A stretch of DNA of 64,000 nucleotides from a virus: the IMG/VR virus record IMGVR_UViG_3300009149_000011, positions 1 to 64,000 of that record; one strand, written 5' to 3'. Positions 9,681-18,522 of the stretch are shown one piece after another (position 1 is the stretch's first letter; each line of letters opens with the position of its first letter). The notes below the pieces were generated by a model, which ran no database searches, was not told where the DNA came from, and saw only the letters and a program-made list of their open reading frames with translations. The translations under genes were made by a program, and so were the position numbers.

Positions 9681-10109
9681 TTATTTTTTTACAGTATCTG
9701 GAGCATTGTTTCTCACAAACTCAATACCCATACCCTCTAATGATTCAGCTACTTGAGTATTCCACCACCCAAAACTCCCTCTCTCCACTTCAGAGAACTC
9801 GCCCCACTTAACAACGTGCGGCTCTTTCTCTTTGTCATAGCTAACCTCTCCAGAATATTCACAAAGATATGTATACCCCAAGTATCCATCTCTAAATTTC
9901 ACATATATAATCTGAGGATTTGAAATGTCTAACCCTGTTTCCTCTTTAACTTCTCTAGCCAAAGCCTCTTCCAAAGAATTGTCTTCTGGGTCAACTTTGC
10001 CTCCAGGCAGCCCCATTGAACTATGGTCATTTTTTCGACTAACCATCAACACTTGACCTTCCTTGTTGAATATAATTGCCATTACAGCATACTTTATTCC
10101 TTCTATCAT
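9681..10109 (-). CDS. Nudix hydrolase
   Basis: Nudix box GGKVDPEDNSLEEALAREVKEETGL. Confidence 0.92.
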   Translation of the reverse strand: MIEGIKYAVMAIIFNKEGQVLMVSRKNDHSSMGLPGGKVDPEDNSLEEALAREVKEETGLDISNPQIIYVKFRDGYLGYTYLCEYSGEVSYDKEKEPHVVKWGEFSEVERGSFGWWNTQVAESLEGMGIEFVRNNAPDTVKK

Positions 10110-10435
10110 AATTTGAAGTGTTTGTTAAATTTTACTAAAGTTGCCTCAGGCGTATGTTCCCTTTTAAGATGTATACCAAAAGAGTTTATGATAACGCTAT
10201 CATAGAACTCAATCTTCATCTCTTGAGGCGCTTCGTTAATTATCTTTCTGGTGAACCAGCACCCTTTTCCATATTGAGTTAATATGCCTTCAGGAATTTC
10301 GTCACCACAAATGCTTTTAAGATGTTCAATTACTTCCAAATCTTTCATTGCAAATAACTCTTCGAAAATAGGATCTCCATACTCTTTAGAGTCTAAAATC
10401 TTTTGTGCCAGTGGACTTATTTTTGTTTGTTCCAT
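10106..10435 (-). CDS. hypothetical protein
   Basis: 109 aa, overlaps neighbours. Confidence 0.6.
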   Translation of the reverse strand: MEQTKISPLAQKILDSKEYGDPIFEELFAMKDLEVIEHLKSICGDEIPEGILTQYGKGCWFTRKIINEAPQEMKIEFYDSVIINSFGIHLKREHTPEATLVKFNKHFKL

Positions 10436-11151
10436 AATTCGTAATTTGTATAGTTTTCTAATTCATCTTCCAAATCATCTGGTAGATGATGGAAGAAATC
10501 AATATTGGTAACCGACTCTACTGAATCAACTGTAACAACAAAGTCTTTATATGTTTCATCATATTTCCCGTTTGGCATTAAGAACCCAATCATCTTGTAT
10601 CCAGGGTCAGTATAGTCAAATACCACTTTATAAAAGTGACTTGGTATCTCTACTTCATTTTCACCAATAACCCCTATTGAATCTATAAATGCTGGACCAG
10701 TAACTATATACAAATGATTGCAATCCAGAGCCCAATCTCTAATGTCTGTTTCTAACTGTTTCCATTTACCCCTATTAAATGAAGGGTGTTGAGGTGAGAC
10801 ATTAGACATTAAGAAACTCTCTTTAATAGAAGCTTCATTAATTTGCATATCTGCAGCTGGACATAAGTGTCCTCGATCATAACCAGAGCCTGTATAGTCA
10901 TTAGTAGACGCGCTGCCAGTGCTCACTGAACCATCGAGCGTAAAATAACTTATACGCTTTACCAAACCGTTCATGTTTGAGCTTCCCAATTCATAAGCTA
11001 CCCACTCAGCTTGCTCATACTCTTCAATATATGAAATAGTATAATACGCATGGGAGACAACTTCGCCATTACTAGTTGGAAGGTAGTTAAAATGCACCGT
11101 GTCGTAAGAACACAGTGCAATCAGTGCGATAAACAATAATAACTTTCTCAT
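10417..11151 (-). CDS. secreted DNA/RNA non-specific endonuclease (NucA/EndoG family)
   Basis: Signal peptide; YDRGHLCPA, SFLMSNVSPQ...FNRG.W..LE motifs. Confidence 0.92.
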   Translation of the reverse strand: MRKLLLFIALIALCSYDTVHFNYLPTSNGEVVSHAYYTISYIEEYEQAEWVAYELGSSNMNGLVKRISYFTLDGSVSTGSASTNDYTGSGYDRGHLCPAADMQINEASIKESFLMSNVSPQHPSFNRGKWKQLETDIRDWALDCNHLYIVTGPAFIDSIGVIGENEVEIPSHFYKVVFDYTDPGYKMIGFLMPNGKYDETYKDFVVTVDSVESVTNIDFFHHLPDDLEDELENYTNYELWNKQK

Positions 11152-11492
11152 AATACCACCGCTCCTTTATCCGCCTCTAAAGCGTATCTAAAATCTATGA
11201 AATCTTCATTAGCATTTGTAGCTAATAAAATCATAGCTTGAGATTCAATTCCTCTAATTTTTCTTGGAGCCAAATTTAAAACAAAAGGAAATGTCTTATC
11301 CAACACTTGATCTTGCTCCATTTGGTTAGCTATAGCCGAAACCACAGTTCTAACCCCAATCTCTTCACCGAAGTCTACCGCAAGCTTGTATAGCCTATCG
11401 GCCCCTTCTACTTTTTCAATCTCAGTGACGTTGCCTAAGCGTACGTCTACCTTCATTAAATCATCGAATGTTATTGTTTCTTTCTGCGACAT
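11148..11492 (-). CDS. tRNA-binding OB-fold protein (Trbp111/CsaA/MetRS C-domain)
   Basis: ITFDDLMKVDVRLG...ADRLYKLAVDFG...NLAPRKIRGIESQAMIL; start reassigned to ATG 11492. Confidence 0.88.
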   Translation of the reverse strand: MSQKETITFDDLMKVDVRLGNVTEIEKVEGADRLYKLAVDFGEEIGVRTVVSAIANQMEQDQVLDKTFPFVLNLAPRKIRGIESQAMILLATNANEDFIDFRYALEADKGAVVL

Positions 11493-11946
11493 AATCTTTA
11501 AATTTTTCTTCTTTATAATAATTACCATTAATCCACCATTCTTTAGATCCATCGGAATATTCAATAGATGGACCATCTACTCTATGTAAACTTCCATTAA
11601 GGTACCAATGTTTAGTCCCATTAACATATTCAATAGCTGGACCATCTTCTCGATGAAGTTTACCATTAATCTACCATTCTTTAGTTCCATCGGAATATTC
11701 AATAGCTGGACCATCTTCTCTATGAGGAGTTCCATCAATATACCAAAACTTAGATCCACTGGCATATTCAATAGCTGGCCCATCTATTCTATGAGGCCTA
11801 TCATTTATATACCACCCTATTGACCCGTCAGGGCATTCAACAGCTGGCCCGTCTTCCCTATGCCTTCTTCCGTTTAATAGCCAATTTTTAACACCCTCTG
11901 AATCTGTTTCACAAACTACTTCTGACATATTCTCTTTCTGTGCCAT
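11461..11946 (-). CDS. HREDGPA-repeat protein interrupted by in-frame TAG at 11671-11673
   Basis: Repeats continue in frame past the TAG (KEW*INGKLHREDGPA...) to TGA at 11461-11463; 161 codons. Confidence 0.75.
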
Positions 11947-11952
11947 AATATT

Positions 11953-12231
11953 TTATTTATAATTTTCTTTACGAGAAACAAAGTCTTTTCTATCCTCATC
12001 AGTTTCAATAGGCTTTTTAATATCACCCTTAGCTCCCCATAATACCACTTTGAAGGTTTCATCTAAAATTTCATAACAAGAATGACCCATATCTTTGATA
12101 TGTTCATCTATTGTTTCAATATCGCTAACCTGTTTTAATTTTACACCTGTAAAAGAACAGGTTATTGTACTAAAATGATATCCAATTATTGTATATTTCA
12201 TGTTTATTGTTTTATAAAAACTTTTACTCAT
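11953..12231 (-). CDS. hypothetical protein
   Basis: Co-oriented ORF. Confidence 0.55.
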   Translation of the reverse strand: MSKSFYKTINMKYTIIGYHFSTITCSFTGVKLKQVSDIETIDEHIKDMGHSCYEILDETFKVVLWGAKGDIKKPIETDEDRKDFVSRKENYK

Positions 12232-12233
12232 AA

Positions 12234-12575
12234 TTATATTACATCATGGGGAATCATGTGGTCAAAATATTCTTTAACCCTAACTAATTCTTCTTCTGTA
12301 AATTCATCTAACCTTTTCCATGAAGTAGACCCTTTCATACGAAAAGAATTATCTCTCCAGTTTAAAAACTCTATGTCCTCCACTCTGTAAACTTTCATCC
12401 AGTCAGTGTCTGGGCACCAGCTATCTCTAAGGCATCTATTGTTAAGTTCAATTGCAATAATTGGAATTTCGCCTGCTGTCATAACAAATGCTCCATGCAA
12501 GTTCCTAATAGCCGAACATGCTCGATGCATGATGTTAATTTTATTTTTAATATGCTTTATTGTATCTTTTCCCAT
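12234..12575 (-). CDS. hypothetical protein
   Basis: First gene after promoter motif 12584-12608. Confidence 0.6.
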   Translation of the reverse strand: MGKDTIKHIKNKINIMHRACSAIRNLHGAFVMTAGEIPIIAIELNNRCLRDSWCPDTDWMKVYRVEDIEFLNWRDNSFRMKGSTSWKRLDEFTEEELVRVKEYFDHMIPHDVI

Positions 12576-12583
12576 ATTATTAT

Positions 12584-12608
12584 AACGAAAAAACTTTCTT
12601 TTTGTTTC
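12584..12608 (-). promoter_or_regulatory. ECF-sigma-type promoter GAAAC-N16-CGTT (representative of >=12 copies)
   Basis: Same bipartite motif with N16-17 spacer at 1786, 15397, 21801, 26454, 30980, 36274, 41257, 49243, 54295, 56349, 62351, each upstream of a minus-strand unit. Confidence 0.7.
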
Positions 12609-12657
12609 AATTCTTATTACTATTCATAAGCAGGGTAAGTGCCACACCCTAACAAAT

Positions 12658-13455
12658 ATGAAAAATAAAGATACATCAAAAAGTTTAATATACCAATTCT
12701 TAGATCATAATAATGAACCATTTTATGTAGGTAAAACAAACAATCTACATAGACGTAAACAAGAACATAAAAAAGATTTAAAAAAGAAAGCTAACCTATA
12801 TGTATATAGAAAGATAACCAAACTCATCAGGGATCATAATTACAAACTGAAAATAGATATTGTATCCGAAGGCTTGTCTGAATCAGAAGCAAATGCTATG
12901 GAAATAACGCTTATTAAAAAGTATAGAGATAAAGGATATAAATTATCCAATCTCACAGATGGTGGAGACGGTACTCTGGGTCATGTTCCAGTTTTTACAG
13001 ATGAGTGGAGAAAAAATTTAAGTGAAGCAGCCAAAAAAAGAGTTGCTAGAGATGGAGTTCCATTTAAAGGGAAAAAGCACTCTGATGAAACAAAGAAGAA
13101 ATTAAGCCAGGTGAGAAAAGGGAAAATGCAAGGCAAGGATAATCCTTTTTATGGAAAACATCACACCGAAGAATTGAAAAAAGCTAATGCAGAAAGAGCT
13201 AGAAAACTTTTTTCTGGAAAAAAACAAAATAAAGAACATAAAGAAAAAAGAAGGCAAGCTATGATTAAAAAATTTATTAAAGCTACCCCTCCAAATAAAA
13301 AAACATTTATATGGAAAGATAGCTCTTCTACTCTTTCAGATTTCCTACTTAAAGAATATGGATATAAAGTAGCTAGGGGAACAATAAGCACATACACAAA
13401 AAGTGAAAAAACACTTAAAAGCGGATGGAAATTTAAATATATAGAAAGATTCTAG
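12658..13455 (+). CDS. GIY-YIG homing endonuclease with NUMOD3 repeats
   Basis: LIYQF...FYVGKT...R, LSNLTDGGDG, KGKKHSDETKKKLS, NPFYGKHHTEE. Confidence 0.88.
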   Translation: MKNKDTSKSLIYQFLDHNNEPFYVGKTNNLHRRKQEHKKDLKKKANLYVYRKITKLIRDHNYKLKIDIVSEGLSESEANAMEITLIKKYRDKGYKLSNLTDGGDGTLGHVPVFTDEWRKNLSEAAKKRVARDGVPFKGKKHSDETKKKLSQVRKGKMQGKDNPFYGKHHTEELKKANAERARKLFSGKKQNKEHKEKRRQAMIKKFIKATPPNKKTFIWKDSSSTLSDFLLKEYGYKVARGTISTYTKSEKTLKSGWKFKYIERF

Positions 13456-14756
13456 CTTACTTCCACCAAATATTCTATAGTAGTTTGATTCTCATTGTAA
13501 ACCATATACTCATTATTTCTCAAATCAGCACCACCATGAGCAAACACTGAATCATAATCCCCTAGCCTTTTAAGACGCTCTTCTGTTAATTGAGAATGAG
13601 AGTGCTCCCATTTCTTAATGTGATACTGATTACCAACGTGAACACTATACAAAGCTAAGAACGCTTTGTCACTACTTCCATTTGCCCAGTACGACCCTCT
13701 AAGAGAGGTGTAACCTAAAGATTTCTTAAACTTATCTGAAAAATACGTCGATTGACCAAACATTTTTCCCGTTATTACAGCATTTGAGGGTCTTAACACT
13801 AATCCACCTTCCATGATAGACAACCAGTTCTCATTCCTAGATCCATGCCAGTACAATTCTACCGTTTTGTTATCGGCGCTGTTTCTATATTTATCGAATT
13901 TATTAAATGTCTTTTCATTCTTAACTCTAAAAGCGGACTTGAACATGTTAGATTCAGGGCCCATTTTCTTTTTAATCATGTCAATAGTAGCTTTATCAGT
14001 TACAGCTTCCATTTTTAGCCCCATAAGGTCCACAATAGTACCTGAAGGCTTATCGTCTCCGTCTTCCTCTTCCTCCTCATCTTGAGCCGCATTCATTTTT
14101 ACCTGGCCACGCATTACATCAAGAGTATCTTGCTCACTACCCAATAAGTCTTGAGCCACACTAATAGTATCTTTGTTAATGTTTTCCTCTAAAAGGTAAT
14201 CTCCAACGTGAGCCATTTTTCTTGGAATTACTTTATAAAGAGATAAAAGCTTTTCGTTTACAGCATCCTTATCCGTGCCTACTTTAATCAATCCTACAAT
14301 TTCATCGATAATCTCCTGAGCTCTATCAACCATCTTTACAGTTACGCTTTCAGAAGAAATTTCATAGTTCTCTTTTACCGACTTGTTAGAGTACGAGCTC
14401 AAAAGCTTCATAATTCTCTTAATCTCCGAATCGGCAATGTTAAAAATATCTTTTTCAACCTTTGGCTTCGATGGGTCTTTACTCTCCACATGAAACAGCT
14501 CGGTCATATCTTCATAACCTTTCTTCACCTTAGATCTAAGCGTGGAATCCCATTTAGACATTGGATAAACGGTTATTTTTAGATAAGTCTCTTCTAAAGT
14601 GTCTTGCTTGGTGGGATCAGCCCTACCCCAATGGGCTTCAAATTGACCATCACCTCTTTCGTACATATTGTACACTTTGTTGTTGTTTTTGCCATCACGA
14701 CCCTCAACAAAAACAAGTTTTTTAGCTCCAAGAATTACTTTAGTATCTGTACTCAT
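13452..14756 (-). CDS. PARP-like ADP-ribosyltransferase with WGR and regulatory domains
   Basis: NNNKVYNM...HWGR (WGR); LYKVIPR helical domain; WHGSR, GKMFG...YFSD...KSLGY, NNEYMVY (H-Y-E triad). Confidence 0.9.
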   Translation of the reverse strand: MSTDTKVILGAKKLVFVEGRDGKNNNKVYNMYERGDGQFEAHWGRADPTKQDTLEETYLKITVYPMSKWDSTLRSKVKKGYEDMTELFHVESKDPSKPKVEKDIFNIADSEIKRIMKLLSSYSNKSVKENYEISSESVTVKMVDRAQEIIDEIVGLIKVGTDKDAVNEKLLSLYKVIPRKMAHVGDYLLEENINKDTISVAQDLLGSEQDTLDVMRGQVKMNAAQDEEEEEDGDDKPSGTIVDLMGLKMEAVTDKATIDMIKKKMGPESNMFKSAFRVKNEKTFNKFDKYRNSADNKTVELYWHGSRNENWLSIMEGGLVLRPSNAVITGKMFGQSTYFSDKFKKSLGYTSLRGSYWANGSSDKAFLALYSVHVGNQYHIKKWEHSHSQLTEERLKRLGDYDSVFAHGGADLRNNEYMVYNENQTTIEYLVEVS

Positions 14757-14757
14757 A

Positions 14758-15405
14758 TTAATTTTTGTTTTTATATTTTTTAAGTCCAGGTATATAATTT
14801 TTTCTTAATAAATTATATACCGTTTCAATTTTAGATTTATTTAAAAATAGTTGTTTCATATCATTTCCCTTAAAACAATTTGACCACCCTTCTGGATTTA
14901 TTTTTTTCAATCTTTCAATCTCCTTTTTTCTTTCAAGGCTTGAATTGTTACTGCCTAAACCTTTATTGGCCATATGCAAATCAATACACCTTTGTATCAT
15001 TTCGAATGACACAACGTCAATATATTCTTGAGGCGACACCATGTGATTAACAGCATACAATTTAAACTCTGCTATTTTTTGATATGTATATAGCTTAATT
15101 TTTTTGGATATGTCTATAATATCTTGCTTTAAATTTCCATGGATTGTATTTATATACTTTCTAGCTAATCCATAACAGTCCTCGGCAATATTAGTATATA
15201 ACCTATCTTCCGTCCCAGCTTCAACCAATGAAAGATATGATTTATCCTCAAAAACTGCAAAATTAAGCTTCCTACCAGGAATATCTTCATCATATATTTC
15301 TATGAAATCATATTTACCATATGAATCCTTCAATATTTCTAATGATGACAATTTCTTTTTAATTATTTCTACCTCTCTAAATCCCATATTATATACAACG
15401 CACAA
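14758..15405 (-). CDS. hypothetical protein, paralog of 17619-18518 C-part
   Basis: Shared GKY.F.E.Y, F.DKSY, CI.LHM, NPEGW..C, L...YIP motifs. Confidence 0.7.
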   Translation of the reverse strand: MCVVYNMGFREVEIIKKKLSSLEILKDSYGKYDFIEIYDEDIPGRKLNFAVFEDKSYLSLVEAGTEDRLYTNIAEDCYGLARKYINTIHGNLKQDIIDISKKIKLYTYQKIAEFKLYAVNHMVSPQEYIDVVSFEMIQRCIDLHMANKGLGSNNSSLERKKEIERLKKINPEGWSNCFKGNDMKQLFLNKSKIETVYNLLRKNYIPGLKKYKNKN

Positions 15406-15466
15406 TTTAAGAAAATGTTTTCAAAAAACCATATATATTTATATGTATATATACATATAAAACGGT

Positions 15467-15673
15467 ATGGCAAGAAAATTAGCTTCATTCACATTAGACG
15501 AGGATACGATAGTAATCCTCAATAGATACTCAGAGGAGCATAATATTAACAAGTCTAAATGTGTGGAGATGCTAATTAACAATCATTTGTCTGAAAATAA
15601 ATCGGACAACATTTCAGGGATGACTTTAGAAGACATTGCCGAAAAGGTAGCTGAAATTCTAAGCAAAAAATAA
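15467..15673 (+). CDS. ribbon-helix-helix (CopG-like) regulator
   Basis: SFTLDEDTIVILNRYSEEHNINKSKCVEMLI. Confidence 0.7.
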   Translation: MARKLASFTLDEDTIVILNRYSEEHNINKSKCVEMLINNHLSENKSDNISGMTLEDIAEKVAEILSKK

Positions 15674-15677
15674 ACTA

Positions 15678-15950
15678 TTAATCTTCGTAAGGATCTGGAT
15701 CATCATCAGTTCTTAATGATAACCTAAAACCTTCACTACACTCTTTATGAGTTCTATAGCTTTGGAACTCTGGGTAAAATTTATGACTATCATGCGGATC
15801 CCCTTTTGTAATTGTACCTCCACAATGTTCACAGCCATAGTCAGCTCTCGCTCTTGTTCCAACTCCAGTAGTCTCTCCAAGATCCTCTAACATTAAATGT
15901 TCATGCGGCACTCTTAATGGCTCACGTGATATGTAGAATTGCTTTCTCAT
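15678..15950 (-). CDS. small zinc-binding protein
   Basis: CEHCGGTI.KGD...THKEC. Confidence 0.6.
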   Translation of the reverse strand: MRKQFYISREPLRVPHEHLMLEDLGETTGVGTRARADYGCEHCGGTITKGDPHDSHKFYPEFQSYRTHKECSEGFRLSLRTDDDPDPYED

Positions 15951-15979
15951 TGTCTTAACTTTATATGTATAATATAAGC

Positions 15980-16018
15980 AAAAAAGGCTCTAAAATAAAC
16001 ATTTAGAGCCTTTTTTTT
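15980..16018. terminator. bidirectional intrinsic terminator
   Basis: AAAAAAGGCTCTAAA...TTTAGAGCCTTTTTTT. Confidence 0.75.
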
Positions 16019-16701
16019 ACTTATGTAGTGATGAAATTTTACCTCTCAATACATCTTTATATTTAGCTGATTTACCAGTAACATGGTCATTAACCACGCC
16101 TTCTTTAACTCGATAGGTTCTACGTTTATCACCTCTATTCCCTGACCCAATCTGACCTTGTCTAATATTCTTTTCTTTTAGGGAATTTTCCTTATCGTTA
16201 ATCTTCTGCAGCTTTTCTTTTAATCTAATCCAGGCTTCTACCTCATTCTTTTGTCTATGCCTGGTTCCTTCTGATCTAATCATTATACCTGTTGGCAAAT
16301 GTTTGAGGATGACACAAGTTTCAACCTTGTTTACATTCTGACCTCCACTGCCTCTACTTCTAGTATAAGAACGCTCAACTTCACTTTTATCTATTTCTAT
16401 TTGAGAATGATATGAATCTTCCATCACAGCAACTGTTACTATGCTTGTATGGACTCTTCCTCGTTTTTCTGTTGGTGGTATTCGGTGCCAGCGGTGACCG
16501 CCAGACTCATTCTTAAAGAATTTCTTTGCACCTTTGCCAGTTATGCTAAAGGCATACTAAGCCGTCTCTGTTGATCTCGGATGAGATAGAGAATGAATTG
16601 TTTTGACATGCTTTCTTGTAGATATTAGCCATATCTTCGACTAATAACTTGGAATCAGTTCCGCCCTCGGCAGCCTTGATTTCTAGGGTAATCTTTTCCA
16701 T
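16017..16701 (-). CDS. prfA: peptide chain release factor 1-like (lacks domain 1), expressed via +1 frameshift at CTT-TAG-C (16551-16545)
   Basis: Frame 0 from ATG 16701: MEKITLEIKAAEGGTDS...GLVCL*; +1 frame: SITGKGAKKFFKNESGGHRWHRIPPTEKRGRVHTS (PxT motif) joining GSGGQNVNKVET and RGDKRRTY; 227 aa. Confidence 0.88.
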
Positions 16702-16702
16702 C

Positions 16703-16903
16703 TTATTTTAAATTAGAAACAATGTATATTATAATCATTAAAGTTGATATAGCCAAAACTACTGCAGATGCAGCAATTAGCATTCTTTTTAAAGCCGATG
16801 GCTTCCCATTAGTTTTTAAAACCTTACAATCACATCCTAATAAATTTGATCTGCAACCTTTTTGGTTATAACATTCTTTCTTTTCCATAGCAAACTTAAA
16901 CAA
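16703..16903 (-). CDS. small membrane protein
   Basis: C-terminal hydrophobic helix. Confidence 0.5.
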   Translation of the reverse strand: MFKFAMEKKECYNQKGCRSNLLGCDCKVLKTNGKPSALKRMLIAASAVVLAISTLMIIIYIVSNLK

Positions 16904-16975
16904 AAAAATATAAAAACAAAAATGCCTAGATGAAATACTTATATATCATCTAGGCATTTTAAAATGTGTAGGTGA

Positions 16976-17380
16976 CTATTTATCTCCTTCAGATATGTTG
17001 TATGCCTTTTTCTCTAGGTCAGTCATATCATCAACTATATCAAAATATTCGCTTCTTTGAGTGTTAGAAATAGCTCCAATACCATAAGTTTGAACTACCC
17101 ATATCTTACCTTCATCGTCTAATTCGCTCCAATTAAGAGGGGCAATCATAGGGTAGAAGAAACTTACAAAACCTATTAATACTAGCGCTGTTCCTAAGGC
17201 AAACAAATTAGGGTTATTCATAGCATTTGTTTGAAATAAGCCTGATAAAATAATTCCAGGAACCATGAAGTTAGCGGTCTTTGGATAGTTTATGTATTTT
17301 CTTCTTCCAATTTTTATGGACATACCTCCAGAGACATATTTGTACATAAAATTTTTTAAGCCTGCTAGTTTTAAAGCCAT
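16976..17380 (-). CDS. membrane protein
   Basis: Two TM segments; TATTTATA motif upstream (17401-17408); terminator 16918-16960. Confidence 0.65.
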   Translation of the reverse strand: MALKLAGLKNFMYKYVSGGMSIKIGRRKYINYPKTANFMVPGIILSGLFQTNAMNNPNLFALGTALVLIGFVSFFYPMIAPLNWSELDDEGKIWVVQTYGIGAISNTQRSEYFDIVDDMTDLEKKAYNISEGDK

Positions 17381-17427
17381 AATCTTTTGTTTTTGTTATC
17401 TATAAATAGAAAAAAAAATCAACGATT

Positions 17428-17622
17428 TTACTCCAAAATAATACACACCTTATTGTCTTTAGCAAGCTTTTTAAGATTCATGGAATCCTTTCTATTAGTT
17501 ATTAGTTTAGATCCATACTCTCTTGGAACTATGCATATTGTAGGCTTTGGATTAATTTTACCTACTTTTTCTTTAAGTTGTTGCACCCCCTGCAACTCAT
17601 CCCCTACTTTAAACACTATCAT
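17428..17622 (-). CDS. hypothetical protein
   Basis: 64 aa, overlaps upstream stop. Confidence 0.55.
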   Translation of the reverse strand: MIVFKVGDELQGVQQLKEKVGKINPKPTICIVPREYGSKLITNRKDSMNLKKLAKDNKVCIILE

Positions 17623-18518
17623 AATTCTACTAAATTAGGTATATAAGACCTCTTTAATAAAGAATACATCTCTTCAACGGGAGCATTACTCAATGCCAAT
17701 TTTATAACATCATCTTTCATGATACAATAATTCCACCCTTCAGGATTACCATCTCTCAAATAATTTACTTCTTCTATTCTACCCTTCTCTTCCCTGTCAT
17801 CGCTCACCCCCTTTTTCTTCATGTGCAAGTTAATACAAGATTGAATTGCTGGATTGGTCACTTTCTCCATTAGGTCGTCAAAGGTTATTGTATTCTCTTT
17901 AAGGAATACAATAAGATCATCTTCATGTTGTTTAGCGTAGTTTATTACATATTTTGCTTTTGAAATAACTTCTTTCTTTTCCTGAGACTTTTCAGACTCT
18001 ATCCATTCTTTAGATAAACCCCAGAAATTATCCATAGCATTATAATTAAGATGTACATCATCAAAAGAAATCAATGCCACATAAGATTTGTCAGGGAATA
18101 CGATAAAATATGAGTTGTTAGAAGGAGTATTGCTATTGTATGCTTCTACAAAATTGTATTTTCCCTTCTTTTTATTAAGTTTCGTTTCTACTTCAGAATG
18201 TACATATCTCTTAGATCCAGATGGGACCTTTCCTTCTATTAAATCATCACCCTCTTCGGACTTTTTACCATCTACATATATCTTAAGAATTTAATCCTCA
18301 TGATCTAAGAATCCCTTTTCTTCAATAAAATCAAATGCTTCATCATAATCTTTAAAACCTTCAAAAACATCAGGGTAATGAAGTAAATCTCCTACACTTC
18401 CAGTATAAAATTTAACCAAAAACACCCCTTTAGGATATTTCTTCTTCATCCAAAAATGAAGCATAGAAAAGAATTTTGGCTCTTTCTTATCATTTGTCAC
18501 CATCCTAACATTTTCCAT
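17619..18518 (-). CDS. hypothetical protein, one frame broken by a single TAA at 18291-18293
   Basis: 18291-18518 and 17619-18080 share a frame; the 70 codons between are open, lack ATG and align with 14758-15405. Confidence 0.6.
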
Positions 18519-18522
18519 AGTA

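Noticed and set aside
11493-11783. ORF 11577-11783 and the N-terminal extension of 11148-11576
   Set aside because: Alternate-frame translations of the HREDGPA repeat DNA.
12658-13455. Group I intron around the GIY-YIG gene
   Set aside because: Flanking genes are complete and no intron core is visible, so it is treated as free-standing.
16017-16427. Stand-alone ArfB/YaeJ call for the GGQ ORF
   Set aside because: The frame extends upstream through the PxT stop-recognition motif and links to an RF domain-2 N-part, so it is a codon-specific RF.
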